Below, in pieces: positions 33,473-42,670 of a DNA stretch of 64,000 bases (the stretch's first letter is position 1; every line of letters starts with the position of its first letter). This DNA is from Bacteriovoracaceae bacterium (GTDB lineage: Bacteria > Bdellovibrionota > Bacteriovoracia > Bacteriovoracales > Bacteriovoracaceae), in assembly GCA_041586955.1 (NCBI GenBank), contig JBFGZE010000003.1, positions 34,855 through 98,854 of the forward strand, written 5' to 3'. The position numbers and the translations under genes are program-made. The notes beneath the pieces were generated by a model. The model did not search any database and was not told the DNA's origin. It was given only the letters and a program-made list of their open reading frames with translations.

Positions 33473-34074
33473 CCGACTTTATTTTTCTCCGAGTACTTTG
33501 ATAATTTAGTGCGAGTACGAACAACTTCCACCCCACGTTCAATGTCAGTCATACGAATATTCACAGAGTATTGCTTAATCGTTTTTCCCTCACGAGTAGA
33601 AGGGCGCATATAAACATTACCGAAAATCATAAGATCCGCACCAGTTTGTTTACCAATAGTTTTTGCGGTTCTAGGGTTAACCATGCCATCGTTTTGGTAA
33701 GTGATTTCTTTTAAAACAGCTTCTCTTGCTTGAGCGTCAACTAAGACAAATTCTCCTGTCGCAGAAATTTCATTTAAAAGCTCATCGTTTAAATCGTTAA
33801 TGGGGAAATAGGCCTCAGCTGTTAAATTCTTAACCTCGCCAACGAAAACGGTAGGAGTGCGACGCAATTGGCGCATATAACGCTTAAATCCCTCATGATT
33901 TCGCAATTCCGTTAAAATTTCCTTGATCGCACGCTCGGTATCACCTTGCAGCCACTCATCAGTAATCTTAAGTGCCTTTTCATCTGATTCCTTGGCATTA
34001 ATTCGCTCTGACTTAAAGCTCGAACATGAAGTCATTAAAGATAATACCATACCTAATAAAAGCAATAATCTCAT
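33466..34074 (-). CDS. Penicillin-binding protein activator LpoB-like lipoprotein
   Basis: Lipobox MTSC; 'VKNLTAE', 'EITYQNDGMVNPRTAKTIGKQTGAD'. Confidence 0.8.
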   Translation of the reverse strand: MRLLLLLGMVLSLMTSCSSFKSERINAKESDEKALKITDEWLQGDTERAIKEILTELRNHEGFKRYMRQLRRTPTVFVGEVKNLTAEAYFPINDLNDELLNEISATGEFVLVDAQAREAVLKEITYQNDGMVNPRTAKTIGKQTGADLMIFGNVYMRPSTREGKTIKQYSVNIRMTDIERGVEVVRTRTKLSKYSEKNKVGW

Positions 34075-34085
34075 TCTATCTCCTT

Positions 34086-34778
34086 TTACTTAAATAGACC
34101 TTGGGCCTTCTGCCCAAATTTTTCAGGTAATTCTTGTAATTTCTTTTCAACTTTGGCCTTAAGAGTTTGATCTTTCACCTGCTCTAAAACCAAACGACTG
34201 GCACGATCTAAAGCTGCCTCTAAACGCTTCTTAGGCATGCGGATATAAATGGCACAGGTATAGGCCATAAAGTCTCTTTTGGCGCCAAGATCAACTTGGT
34301 ACTTTCTCTTTTCCCAATAAGTCTTACTCACTGAAGCCCCATTAATATAAGCTTGAATTTTCTCTGATAAAATATTGTCGACATATTCTCTTAGGCCTTG
34401 GACCTCAGGGTCATTCTCGTCAATTCCAGCGACCCCCTCTTGAGTCTGAGTGAGCTCTTTATTAATAAAAGTCGAAATTTCTCCCGCAATATTAGCGCGA
34501 GCATTGGCCTTGGCCAGATTACAGGCAATATCCCGTGAAACCTTTGGCCCTGTTTCGTAAGAAAAGAAGCGATTCTTTTTAATATCCTTACCATTTTGCG
34601 AAGACCAAATTTCAGCGTCCTCAATCCACCCCTGACGAACTTTTGAACTAGCATCAACAACAGAGAAATCTTTCTGAATCTCCTCGTGTTCTTGGTCCTC
34701 TAATTTACGATCCTCTGAAGTTGAGGAACAACCACCTAAAATCAATCCTAAAAATATCCATGAAATCATTGTTTTCAT
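34086..34778 (-). CDS. Lipoprotein, LPP20-like
   Basis: Lipobox LGGC; 'AKANARANIAGEI', 'YWEKR'. Confidence 0.65.
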   Translation of the reverse strand: MKTMISWIFLGLILGGCSSTSEDRKLEDQEHEEIQKDFSVVDASSKVRQGWIEDAEIWSSQNGKDIKKNRFFSYETGPKVSRDIACNLAKANARANIAGEISTFINKELTQTQEGVAGIDENDPEVQGLREYVDNILSEKIQAYINGASVSKTYWEKRKYQVDLGAKRDFMAYTCAIYIRMPKKRLEAALDRASRLVLEQVKDQTLKAKVEKKLQELPEKFGQKAQGLFK

Positions 34779-34802
34779 GAAGCCTCCCTTTTTTAAATTA
34801 TA

Positions 34803-35795
34803 TTATTCTAAATTAATCTGGTCGATATTTTCTTCAATAAAGGATTCAAACGATGCTCGTGATCTTTCATAAGCGTCAATCATATTACGTCCCATTGCTA
34901 TTTCATTATGGGAAATACTCCCCAGAATCAATCCCTTGGGACTTATTGCTTTAAGTGCGAGACTAAAGCGAAACCTTTTAAAGCCTTTAACATTAAGATG
35001 AAGAGGATAGACAAGAAAGCTCCCTTTAACTTTATGATAATTTTTTTTTGTATCATTACTAATTTGAAAGCCATTTTGCCCCAAAACCTTAGCAATAAAT
35101 CGTTTCCACTTCCCTTGGGTTTTTAATTCTTTAAACTCCAAATGCAGCGAAAATGGTATCGCCATTACTTGGGCACGCTTTTTTAATATCTTTTCACGAT
35201 TAATCTCGGCAGGAAATCCTATTCCACGAACCAACTGAAACTTCTCATCGACTGATTGCCTCTTCTCCCAAATTCGCAGGGCGCGATTAAGCCCAAGTCG
35301 ACTCCCTCGAAGATAAAGCGCCTTAACACTCTGGTCAAAATTCTCTAGCCGACTTTTTAACAGAGACGCGATGGCCTTCTTTCTAAGGCGCGCCAGGGCA
35401 TAATACCCTTCACCATCTTGATAATTTGCCGGTACCTCGACCCCCTCCAAAAGCGAATCGACCTTTTCTTGAAACTCCAGGTCATAAGTCTCCTGGACAG
35501 TATTCGTTTTTGCCGCTTGCTCCAGGTCTTGACCGTCATGTACTACCTGATGGGTCATCTTACTCTCAATGCGCACTTGGAAAAACTTTGCCAATTCTTC
35601 ACGGGCCTTGGCCTGGGCCAACATTTTACTGCTGGCAGAGCCCGTGGCACAAATAAATTCTTGCCTACAATAATGGCCAGGTTCATTAACCCAGACTGGC
35701 CTTTTCCCAGCTTTCACTTCGAGATGCCCCTTCTTACCCTGGTGAGAACAGGCCATTAACAAGACGAGAATCAATAAATGCTGAATCGGGACCAT
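34803..35795 (-). CDS. LPP20-family lipoprotein
   Basis: Lipobox LMAC, 'RPVWV', 'AQAKAREELAKFFQVRIES', 'YYALARL'; start trimmed to MVPIQH. Confidence 0.7.
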   Translation of the reverse strand: MVPIQHLLILVLLMACSHQGKKGHLEVKAGKRPVWVNEPGHYCRQEFICATGSASSKMLAQAKAREELAKFFQVRIESKMTHQVVHDGQDLEQAAKTNTVQETYDLEFQEKVDSLLEGVEVPANYQDGEGYYALARLRKKAIASLLKSRLENFDQSVKALYLRGSRLGLNRALRIWEKRQSVDEKFQLVRGIGFPAEINREKILKKRAQVMAIPFSLHLEFKELKTQGKWKRFIAKVLGQNGFQISNDTKKNYHKVKGSFLVYPLHLNVKGFKRFRFSLALKAISPKGLILGSISHNEIAMGRNMIDAYERSRASFESFIEENIDQINLE

Positions 35796-35967
35796 ACAAC
35801 TTCCTTGTGAGTCATTCGATCTAACCCAATAAGCATTGTTTTTCTTTATGAGAAGAATGTCAAAAATCCCCCACGCTATTTTAACGCACAACACCCCTAG
35901 AATCCGCTTGCAACCTAAATGGAATATGCATAAACTTGACCCAAATCATAAACAAAGGAGAATTTAA

Positions 35968-36543
35968 GTGGAACATAAATTACCAGAACTACCATATTCA
36001 AATGATGCTCTAGCGCCTCATATTTCACCTGAAACCATTGAATACCATTATGGTAAGCATCATAATGCCTACGTCACCAAGCTGAATGCCGGGATCAAAG
36101 GGACAGAATTTGAAAATATGGAATTAGTCGACATCATCAAAAAGGCCAAAGGCGGACTTTTTAATAATGCGGCCCAAGTTTATAACCATACCTTCTATTG
36201 GAATTCCCTATCACCAAACGGTGGCGGTGAACCAACTGGTGCCATTGCAGATGCTATTAACGCCAAATGGGGCTCTTTTGCCGACTTTAAAGAGGCCTTC
36301 TCTAATTCTGCCGCCACAAACTTCGCTTCAGGCTGGACATGGCTTGTTAAAAACTCAAATGGAGAGCTTGAAATCGTCAACACTGACGATGCTGATACTC
36401 CTGTTCGCGTCGGAACTCAATGTGTGCTGACTATCGATGTATGGGAGCATGCATATTATATTGATTACCGCAACGCTCGTCCCAAATACATTGAGGCCTT
36501 TTGGAATCTCGTGAATTGGGATTTCGCCAATAAAAACCTTTAA
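35968..36543 (+). CDS. sodB: Superoxide dismutase [Fe]
   Basis: 'HYGKHH', 'NNAAQVYNH' (Fe-type Gln), 'DVWEHAYY'; upstream TTGCAA-17-TAAACT. Confidence 0.95.
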   Translation: MEHKLPELPYSNDALAPHISPETIEYHYGKHHNAYVTKLNAGIKGTEFENMELVDIIKKAKGGLFNNAAQVYNHTFYWNSLSPNGGGEPTGAIADAINAKWGSFADFKEAFSNSAATNFASGWTWLVKNSNGELEIVNTDDADTPVRVGTQCVLTIDVWEHAYYIDYRNARPKYIEAFWNLVNWDFANKNL

Positions 36544-36550
36544 AATGGCC

Positions 36551-36581
36551 AGGCCGTATTTTCAACAATACGGCCTTTTTT
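36551..36581 (+). terminator. Intrinsic terminator after sodB
   Basis: AGGCCGTATT-TTCAAC-AATACGGCCT-T run. Confidence 0.85.
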
Positions 36582-36690
36582 ATTTCCCCTCTGACTAATC
36601 GCGCCAATAACTTGAAAAGCAAGCGCTAGAGATTACCAACAATTGCTGCCGATTTTGCTAAAAAACGCCATTCTCACTTGTGACTTAATC

Positions 36691-36963
36691 CTATTGAGTT
36701 CTTAATATAAGATGATACCCAAACTGGGTTTTAACCGGGGCCGAGACAGCTCCGACTTCAAGGGCATAAACAGCTTGTTCAAATGGTTTAACCATTTGAC
36801 CGCGGCCAAATGTTCCAAGATCCCCACCATTTTTTCCCGAGGGGCAGGTAGAAAAGTCTTTCGCTAATTGTTCAAAGGAGGCACCATCTTCAATTTTTTT
36901 GACGAGGTCTAAGACCTCATATTCATGTTCGACTAAAATATGTTTTGCTGAGACCGCTGCCAT
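36691..36963 (-). CDS. ppiC: Parvulin peptidyl-prolyl isomerase
   Basis: 'HILV', 'SCPS.KNGGDLG.F..GQMV..FE', 'TQFGYHLI'. Confidence 0.95.
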   Translation of the reverse strand: MAAVSAKHILVEHEYEVLDLVKKIEDGASFEQLAKDFSTCPSGKNGGDLGTFGRGQMVKPFEQAVYALEVGAVSAPVKTQFGYHLILRTQ

Positions 36964-36982
36964 AATTCCTCACTTTTAAAAT

Positions 36983-37309
36983 TCATTCATCTTCAATCGG
37001 CTTATCTATTGGTTCGTAGTCTTTATATAAAATATAACGGCCACTTCTCAAGCCGCGTAGAACCAAACCAAAAATCATGAGAGTCATAAACCCACTTTGA
37101 TTATTTTGTGATTCCATCGAAAATATCCCTGGTAAGGACTTTCCGGTCCAATAACTGGCCCCTGCTAAAGCGCAAAGCTTAAATAATCCAAGAACTAAAT
37201 GGATCATTCGACGATAATTCCATTGAACTTTACAAGCGCCACAATAATATGGCGGGGCCATGATGCTTGAACAATGAGGACATTGAAGGGAATATATTTG
37301 ATTGATCAT
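36983..37309 (-). CDS. Small membrane protein with N-terminal zinc ribbon
   Basis: CPHC...CGAC followed by two hydrophobic segments; ATGA overlap with upstream peptide ORF. Confidence 0.6.
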   Translation of the reverse strand: MINQIYSLQCPHCSSIMAPPYYCGACKVQWNYRRMIHLVLGLFKLCALAGASYWTGKSLPGIFSMESQNNQSGFMTLMIFGLVLRGLRSGRYILYKDYEPIDKPIEDE

Positions 37310-37467
37310 CTATTGAGATGAAGCTGATTTTTATCCCAGGGAAGCCTTTTTTCAGAATTGCCGCCGGCACTACCGCCGATGCCACCTTTCCTCGGACCTG
37401 AAAAAAGAATGCCACTTAAAAGAGTTAATAAAATAATATAAGTTATTTTTTGTATATTAGTTTTCAC
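37306..37467 (-). CDS. Unannotated 53-aa secreted Gly-rich peptide
   Basis: Hand-translated from GTG: MKTNIQKITYIILLTLLSGILFSGPRKGGIGGSAGGNSEKRLPWDKNQLHLNR*; start overlaps end of upstream HTH gene, stop overlaps next ATG. Confidence 0.75.
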   Translation of the reverse strand: MKTNIQKITYIILLTLLSGILFSGPRKGGIGGSAGGNSEKRLPWDKNQLHLNR

Positions 37468-38260
37468 TTAGTGTATCCGTTAGTAAAAAGGTAAAGGCAC
37501 GCACATCACCCTTGTGTTGTGCCCCTCTTGAAATAGCGACCTTTTGATTGAAGGCCTTTTCATCAATATCAATCCATTTTGAATAAGCTTCAGGCGACAG
37601 ACCTTCGGCATAAAGGGCCATAAAATTTTTACCATTTTCGTCTGAGTTTTCAGGACTTAAATATTTTTCACTTAAATGAAGTCCCACGCGCTTAATGGTT
37701 TCCGGGCCAAAACTCGCTAAGTTTTCACCAAGAACTAAGAAGCCCCTCTCATTAACTCTTAGAACCTTCCGTTCGAGCATACGATTTAATGTTTCTAGGC
37801 CATGCTGGCCAAAGCGAAACTGAATCAATTCCTTGGAGATCTCACCGGTCCCAGCAAGAAAGTAAATTTCAGCAAAGCAACGGTCATAACGCAATTCTGC
37901 CTCTACATCACCAGATAATTGATGACCTTGAAAATAGGACTGCGGGTCTCGTTTTTTTAACTCGGAGGCAACAACAGGCGGCACTAACTCAATGAGGAGG
38001 CAATCATTTTGAGTGGCGAAAAGGTAGCGATAGATTTTATATAAAGTTTGGTAGCCCGGACGGTTTTCACCTTTAATCAAACGCCTCAACGTTTTTGAGT
38101 GAATCCCCATGCTATCAGACATTATCCGCATACCGATTTGTGAAGTTCTAAATTCTTTTAACTTTTGCTTCAGATCTAGGCTTACTTGGGATTTGAGATC
38201 CATCGTACTGACTTGTAAATTGGATACGTTTAAGTCATCGCTAGAAACAACCGTCACCAT
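37457..38260 (-). CDS. XRE-type HTH regulator with C-terminal domain resembling TIGR02147/DUF4423-type proteins
   Basis: 'MSDSMGIHSKTLRRLIKGENRPGYQTLYKI' XRE HTH; winged-helix-like middle; family call from recognition only. Confidence 0.65.
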   Translation of the reverse strand: MVTVVSSDDLNVSNLQVSTMDLKSQVSLDLKQKLKEFRTSQIGMRIMSDSMGIHSKTLRRLIKGENRPGYQTLYKIYRYLFATQNDCLLIELVPPVVASELKKRDPQSYFQGHQLSGDVEAELRYDRCFAEIYFLAGTGEISKELIQFRFGQHGLETLNRMLERKVLRVNERGFLVLGENLASFGPETIKRVGLHLSEKYLSPENSDENGKNFMALYAEGLSPEAYSKWIDIDEKAFNQKVAISRGAQHKGDVRAFTFLLTDTLSEN

Positions 38261-38355
38261 TCAAACTCCCCTTGCCTAATTGCAGAGCATGCTTATCATA
38301 ACCTATACCACTTTCTAAGACGAGGCGCATCAGAACCAAAGGGCAATAGATAGCT

Positions 38356-38386
38356 AAAAAAAAAGAGGAAGCCTAAGCTCCCTCTT
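38356..38386 (-). terminator. Intrinsic terminator after 38419-38958 gene
   Basis: AAGAGG...CCTCTT hairpin followed by T-run on minus strand. Confidence 0.65.
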
Positions 38387-38418
38387 CACTATCTGCTATC
38401 CCTGGAAGGGTTGATATT

Positions 38419-38958
38419 TTAGTGGCAGCTTGGAATTGTATAATTCTTTGTGAAAAGCTTGCGACCCCTTTGGGAGTTATAGTTGCCATCACGACGATTT
38501 GTTCTTCTTGCTTTATAAACAGGAATCTCATACGAAAGAGGAACATCAATTGTCACAGTTCTGTACTTTATACAATTACCTTCTCCTCCTCTTGTTCTTG
38601 CATACTTAGCGCAAACCTTTGCATCGTAAGTCATCGCCTGAACACCGTAGAATTCTTTATACTCTGTACATCTATACTCTCCACGTCTATCACCTGGAAG
38701 TCTGTCTCTGCTAACACATTTTTTGATTTTTTTAATAGTTCTGAACTCGTCACCATCAACACACACAAACATAACCGATGTATTTCCGGCATTAGCAAGT
38801 TTTAGAGATGGGACATCAAATTCAACTACTGAATTTTTCAATTTTTTTAATGTGGACCAAGATGTTGAACTAGATACTTTAGTCTTCTTCCCGAAAAATC
38901 CTGCTTGAGCTTGAGCTACCATTGCAATTGCTGCAACAAGAACGAATAATTTTTTCAT
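38419..38958 (-). CDS. Secreted basic Cys-containing protein with internal duplication
   Basis: Signal peptide (AQA); two similar Cys-bracketed loops (CVSR...RCTEYK / CAKY...NCIKYR); promoter TTGTCA-17-TAGAGT at 39022-38994. Confidence 0.75.
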   Translation of the reverse strand: MKKLFVLVAAIAMVAQAQAGFFGKKTKVSSSTSWSTLKKLKNSVVEFDVPSLKLANAGNTSVMFVCVDGDEFRTIKKIKKCVSRDRLPGDRRGEYRCTEYKEFYGVQAMTYDAKVCAKYARTRGGEGNCIKYRTVTIDVPLSYEIPVYKARRTNRRDGNYNSQRGRKLFTKNYTIPSCH

Positions 38959-39050
38959 AAAAACTCTCCCGTTTGTTTTAAATAAGTTGGCCTACTCTAA
39001 ACTCCTCACAAAAAGCTGACAAAAAAAATAAGGAATACCCACATTATTTC

Positions 39051-39091
39051 GGGACATGTCCCTCTAGGCCTCTTTAAAAGGGACATGTCCC
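39051..39091. repeat. Two identical perfect 12-bp palindromes GGGACATGTCCC
   Basis: At 39051-39062 and 39080-39091 (29-bp period) in a divergent intergenic region. Confidence 0.9.
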
Positions 39092-39212
39092 AATATTACT
39101 TCCACCCAACTTATCGTTAGGCCTTATTTAAAAACAGCAAGTTACAGCCTTCAAATTGAATAAAATTTTGAAATCAGGTACATTAGGGCGACTTTTGAAA
39201 AGGAGAAACGTA

Positions 39213-39755
39213 ATGAGAAGCTCCCTCATCTACACCTTTTTTCTTATGCTGTCCCTCCCCGTCTTTCAATTAGAGGCCCTTTACTACGACGGAACCCCGT
39301 ATCAGAAAATCGATAGTGGCCATTTCTCATCCCAAAAAATGACCCCTCAAGACTTTTATCAAAAACTGAGTCAGCAATACAGGAGTCATCAATTGATCGA
39401 TTTTTCTGTGGAAGTGGACCAAGATATGGTCTTTATTAATGCGAATTGGATACCAAATCCTCGGCATGGTGGTTATGCGATGTACCACGATCTCACAAAA
39501 AAGACCTTTAAAAAGCGCCATCGAGAAATGGCACGGGCCGGTCTTATGCTCATTCGTCTCGATAAATATGATCACCCCCAAAAAGGTCCCTGTTACGCTG
39601 CCTTATGGATCAAGCAAGATAAGCGCACCGTTCATTTTACAGATATTAATGAAAAGTTCTTCCAGCATTATTTGAATATATATAGAGACAAAGATTTTGA
39701 AGTCCGACATATCGGAAAATATAAAAACGATTATCAGGTTATTTTTGAAAAATAA
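39213..39755 (+). CDS. Secreted protein of polyglycine-hydrolase-like structural repeats (BTRD1-like)
   Basis: Signal peptide after AGGAG; ~50-aa repeats ending 'INANW', 'YAALW', 'YQVIF'. Confidence 0.65.
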   Translation: MRSSLIYTFFLMLSLPVFQLEALYYDGTPYQKIDSGHFSSQKMTPQDFYQKLSQQYRSHQLIDFSVEVDQDMVFINANWIPNPRHGGYAMYHDLTKKTFKKRHREMARAGLMLIRLDKYDHPQKGPCYAALWIKQDKRTVHFTDINEKFFQHYLNIYRDKDFEVRHIGKYKNDYQVIFEK

Positions 39756-39783
39756 AAAGAAAACCGATAATAGTCCCCTTGGC

Positions 39784-40866
39784 CTATGCGTTGTGCTTAG
39801 TACCCGACTCACCACCCACTAGAGAGTAGACATTATTATATCCCTCAATTCTTAGCTTCTTGGCCAATTGAAAGCTTCTCTTACCAGTGGCACACACAAG
39901 AAGAGTTTTTGGTTGATGCTTGATCAAGTTGATGTCAAAACTTGATTGGGGAATATGCTCCAACGTTTTGATAAAATCCGGATGTGATTGTTTATGCCAA
40001 TGGGCCTCATCCTTTTCGCGAATATCAACCACATGAAAATCACTCCATATAGGATTTTTCAATTCGTAATCAGTTATACTTTTATATTGCTCATCGGCCA
40101 ATTCCGATAGCGTTTTCGGCCGAGCACAAAAAGAGCATTGTGAATTTTTTGGCCAACTTATCCGCTGGGTTTCAAAGGAGAGAGCATCAATTAAAATGGT
40201 CGTCCGATGAGGAATCATCTCCATCTCTAAAATACACTTTAAAACCTCTACCGCTTCTAAAGTACCAACCATCCCGGCAATGGCACCTAAGACCCCTGAC
40301 TCTGCGCAATTCCCCACACAATGAGCGTGAGGAGTTTTTGGCCAAAGACAACGTAGACAGCCATCGTCCTTGACCCCTTTACCATAGTAGAAGGCCTGGA
40401 TTTGCCCCTCAAATTGATAAATACTTGCCTGAATAAGATTTTTATTGAGGACAAAACAAAGGTCATGTAATAAAAATTTAGTTTCAAAATTATCGGAACA
40501 ATCAACCACAATATCAAATTCATCCAAAATACGGGCGCCATTATCTAAGGATAATCTCTCTTCGATACAAAAAACTCTAATAAAAGGATTTTGATTTTCA
40601 ATTATTCGAGTGAGAACTTGCGCCTTATTCTCATCTCTATGTTGAGGATGAAACAAAACCTGGCGATGTAAATTGGACGTTTCCACTTTATCAAAATCAC
40701 AAATACCAATGGTGCCAACACCACTGGCGGCCAAATAAGAAGCAACCGGGTGACCAAGTCCACCGGCCCCAATGATAAGAACGCGGGAGGCGCTTAGTTT
40801 CTCTTGCCCCTCTTCACCCACTTCCTTTAAAATTTTCTGCCTTCTATAAAATTGGCTGGCGTTCAT
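39784..40866 (-). CDS. moeB: Molybdopterin-synthase adenylyltransferase MoeB with C-terminal rhodanese domain
   Basis: 'GAGGLG', 'SNLHRQ', CxxC pairs, 'VCATGKRS..SLVGG'; start trimmed to MNASQ. Confidence 0.93.
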   Translation of the reverse strand: MNASQFYRRQKILKEVGEEGQEKLSASRVLIIGAGGLGHPVASYLAASGVGTIGICDFDKVETSNLHRQVLFHPQHRDENKAQVLTRIIENQNPFIRVFCIEERLSLDNGARILDEFDIVVDCSDNFETKFLLHDLCFVLNKNLIQASIYQFEGQIQAFYYGKGVKDDGCLRCLWPKTPHAHCVGNCAESGVLGAIAGMVGTLEAVEVLKCILEMEMIPHRTTILIDALSFETQRISWPKNSQCSFCARPKTLSELADEQYKSITDYELKNPIWSDFHVVDIREKDEAHWHKQSHPDFIKTLEHIPQSSFDINLIKHQPKTLLVCATGKRSFQLAKKLRIEGYNNVYSLVGGESGTKHNA

Positions 40867-41309
40867 GTGACCGCCTCGTGTGAATGATGGTGTTCCTCGT
40901 GGGATGCGCAGCGGTGGCAAGCAACCCATTCTGGTTCTTGATCAACATAATGCTCTTTTTTCCAAATCGGGACCCGCGATTTTACTTCATCAATGATATA
41001 TTTACTCGCTTGATAAGCTTCGTCTCGATGGGCACTGAGAACTTTTATCCAAACTGCGGCATCGCCAATTTGCAGCATTCCAACTCGGTGAATACAGGCC
41101 GCATCAATAATATCAAATTTATTAAACGTTTCATTAAGAATTTCCTGTCCCACCTTTTCCGCCATTTCAATATAGGCCTGGTACTCGAGACAGGTGACCT
41201 TTTTGCCGTCATTATGATTGCGTACTAACCCTTCAAAAATCACCACTGCGCCAGCGCGATCATCGCCAAGCTGCTTTTCCCTAATCTTATTTTCAGTAAT
41301 TGCAAACAT
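40863..41309 (-). CDS. moaE: Molybdopterin synthase catalytic subunit
   Basis: 'GAVVIFEGLVRNHN', 'HRVG.L.IGD', 'VPIWKKE'; His-rich tail. Confidence 0.95.
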   Translation of the reverse strand: MFAITENKIREKQLGDDRAGAVVIFEGLVRNHNDGKKVTCLEYQAYIEMAEKVGQEILNETFNKFDIIDAACIHRVGMLQIGDAAVWIKVLSAHRDEAYQASKYIIDEVKSRVPIWKKEHYVDQEPEWVACHRCASHEEHHHSHEAVT

Positions 41310-41310
41310 T

Positions 41311-41550
41311 TTATCCTCCTGCAACTGGTGGAATAAAGACGACGGTATCGTCAGGAGAAACGGCTTCCTCAAAGTCCACATATTTTTCGTTAACCGCCAC
41401 TTTCAAATCATCACGATTCAAGGGAAAATGATAGCGGTCATTTAACTCGTCATAGACGGCAGAAAGTGATGTCGCAGTTGTTTCAATGACCTCACTTGAC
41501 TTACCCGTACTCTCCCTCATGGCAGCAAAGTATTTTATTTTAATTTTCAT
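41311..41550 (-). CDS. moaD: Molybdopterin synthase sulfur carrier
   Basis: 'YFAAMRE', 'AVNE', C-terminal PPVAGG. Confidence 0.95.
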   Translation of the reverse strand: MKIKIKYFAAMRESTGKSSEVIETTATSLSAVYDELNDRYHFPLNRDDLKVAVNEKYVDFEEAVSPDDTVVFIPPVAGG

Positions 41551-42670
41551 GACATTCCCGTATTTTTGCCAAGGCCTGTTGATATTCCCCAGGTGTGTTA
41601 ATATTATCGACTGCCCGAGACTCCACTCCCTGAATTTGGGTCACGGCGGAATTCATTAAAATTTTACGCGGGCACTTTTTCCCAAGGCCCAATGATTGAT
41701 AAAACCTCATTAAACTCTTTGGTTCGTAAAGAGTACAAAGAGGCTCGTTCCAACCTTTTTCAGGGTTAACAAAGCAAGTCGCCACTTTAAGGCCAGTACT
41801 TTGATTGACCAGCTCCCTAACCGTTGATTCTTGAACAAATGGCAAATCACAGGCGATGACTAGCCAACGAGCATCGGGATGAGTTTCCATGGCGGAAATA
41901 ATTCCACCCATTGGCCCAAAATTGATCATACGATCTTGAATTCTTTCAAAGGAATTTAAATGCACTTCCCCCTCTTGCTCCTGACGGCAGGAAATAAAAG
42001 TCCGATCACAAGAAGTTGATAATATTTGGTATAAATACTCTGTTTGGGAAACACCATGATAGCGTAATTGACCTTTGTCCTGGCCCATGCGTGTGCTTTT
42101 ACCTCCGGCCAAGACTAGGCCATAGAGAGGTCGATTTTTTACTTTTTTATTAAAAATATTTAAAACAAATTGCGCTATTTCATCAATTTGGTTACTGGTA
42201 AAAAATGGTAGATCACCTTGGTAATCACTTTCTTTACGGCCTACGACTCCTACCACATGTGATAATTTACCATTATCCAAATCATGTAAAATTTTGTCTT
42301 TTGTTTCGCCCGTTCCCAGGACAATCATTTTCTGCCCAAGGGATTTTTTATACCCCTCAATCAAGCAAAAATCGCAATCGAGAAAGGTATATGGCCTTTG
42401 AAATGTCAGGTCCGATATAGGACCAAGAGTAGCATAATCCTCGGCCGAGTTAATTTCAATTGTTTGCGCCCCCATGGCCTTCGCTCTATAGGTATCCTTC
42501 CCCTCCCGGTCCATTTGGAATCGGTGGGCATCATGCTTGAGAAAGCCAATTGCATAATAAGGAGACAAGAACTCAATTAATTGGGTTACAATAGTGGTTT
42601 TTCCAGAACCAGAATAACCACAGAAAGACATTTCAAAATCATGAATTAATTTATGAGAACTGGAAGTCAC
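41540..42670 (-). CDS. mobAB: Bifunctional MobB-MobA (Mo-cofactor guanylyltransferase) fusion
   Basis: N-half 'GYSGSGKTT..KHDAH..EGKDT..EGYK'; C-half 'LAGGKSTRMGQDK', 'GPMGGI', 'ACDLP', 'NINTP'. Confidence 0.9.
   Translation of the reverse strand: MTSSSHKLIHDFEMSFCGYSGSGKTTIVTQLIEFLSPYYAIGFLKHDAHRFQMDREGKDTYRAKAMGAQTIEINSAEDYATLGPISDLTFQRPYTFLDCDFCLIEGYKKSLGQKMIVLGTGETKDKILHDLDNGKLSHVVGVVGRKESDYQGDLPFFTSNQIDEIAQFVLNIFNKKVKNRPLYGLVLAGGKSTRMGQDKGQLRYHGVSQTEYLYQILSTSCDRTFISCRQEQEGEVHLNSFERIQDRMINFGPMGGIISAMETHPDARWLVIACDLPFVQESTVRELVNQSTGLKVATCFVNPEKGWNEPLCTLYEPKSLMRFYQSLGLGKKCPRKILMNSAVTQIQGVESRAVDNINTPGEYQQALAKIRECHEN

Noticed and set aside
37230..37415. Track ORF MAFFFQVRG...
   Set aside because: Overlaps the next gene extensively; the 37306-37467 frame has a signal peptide and coupled start/stop
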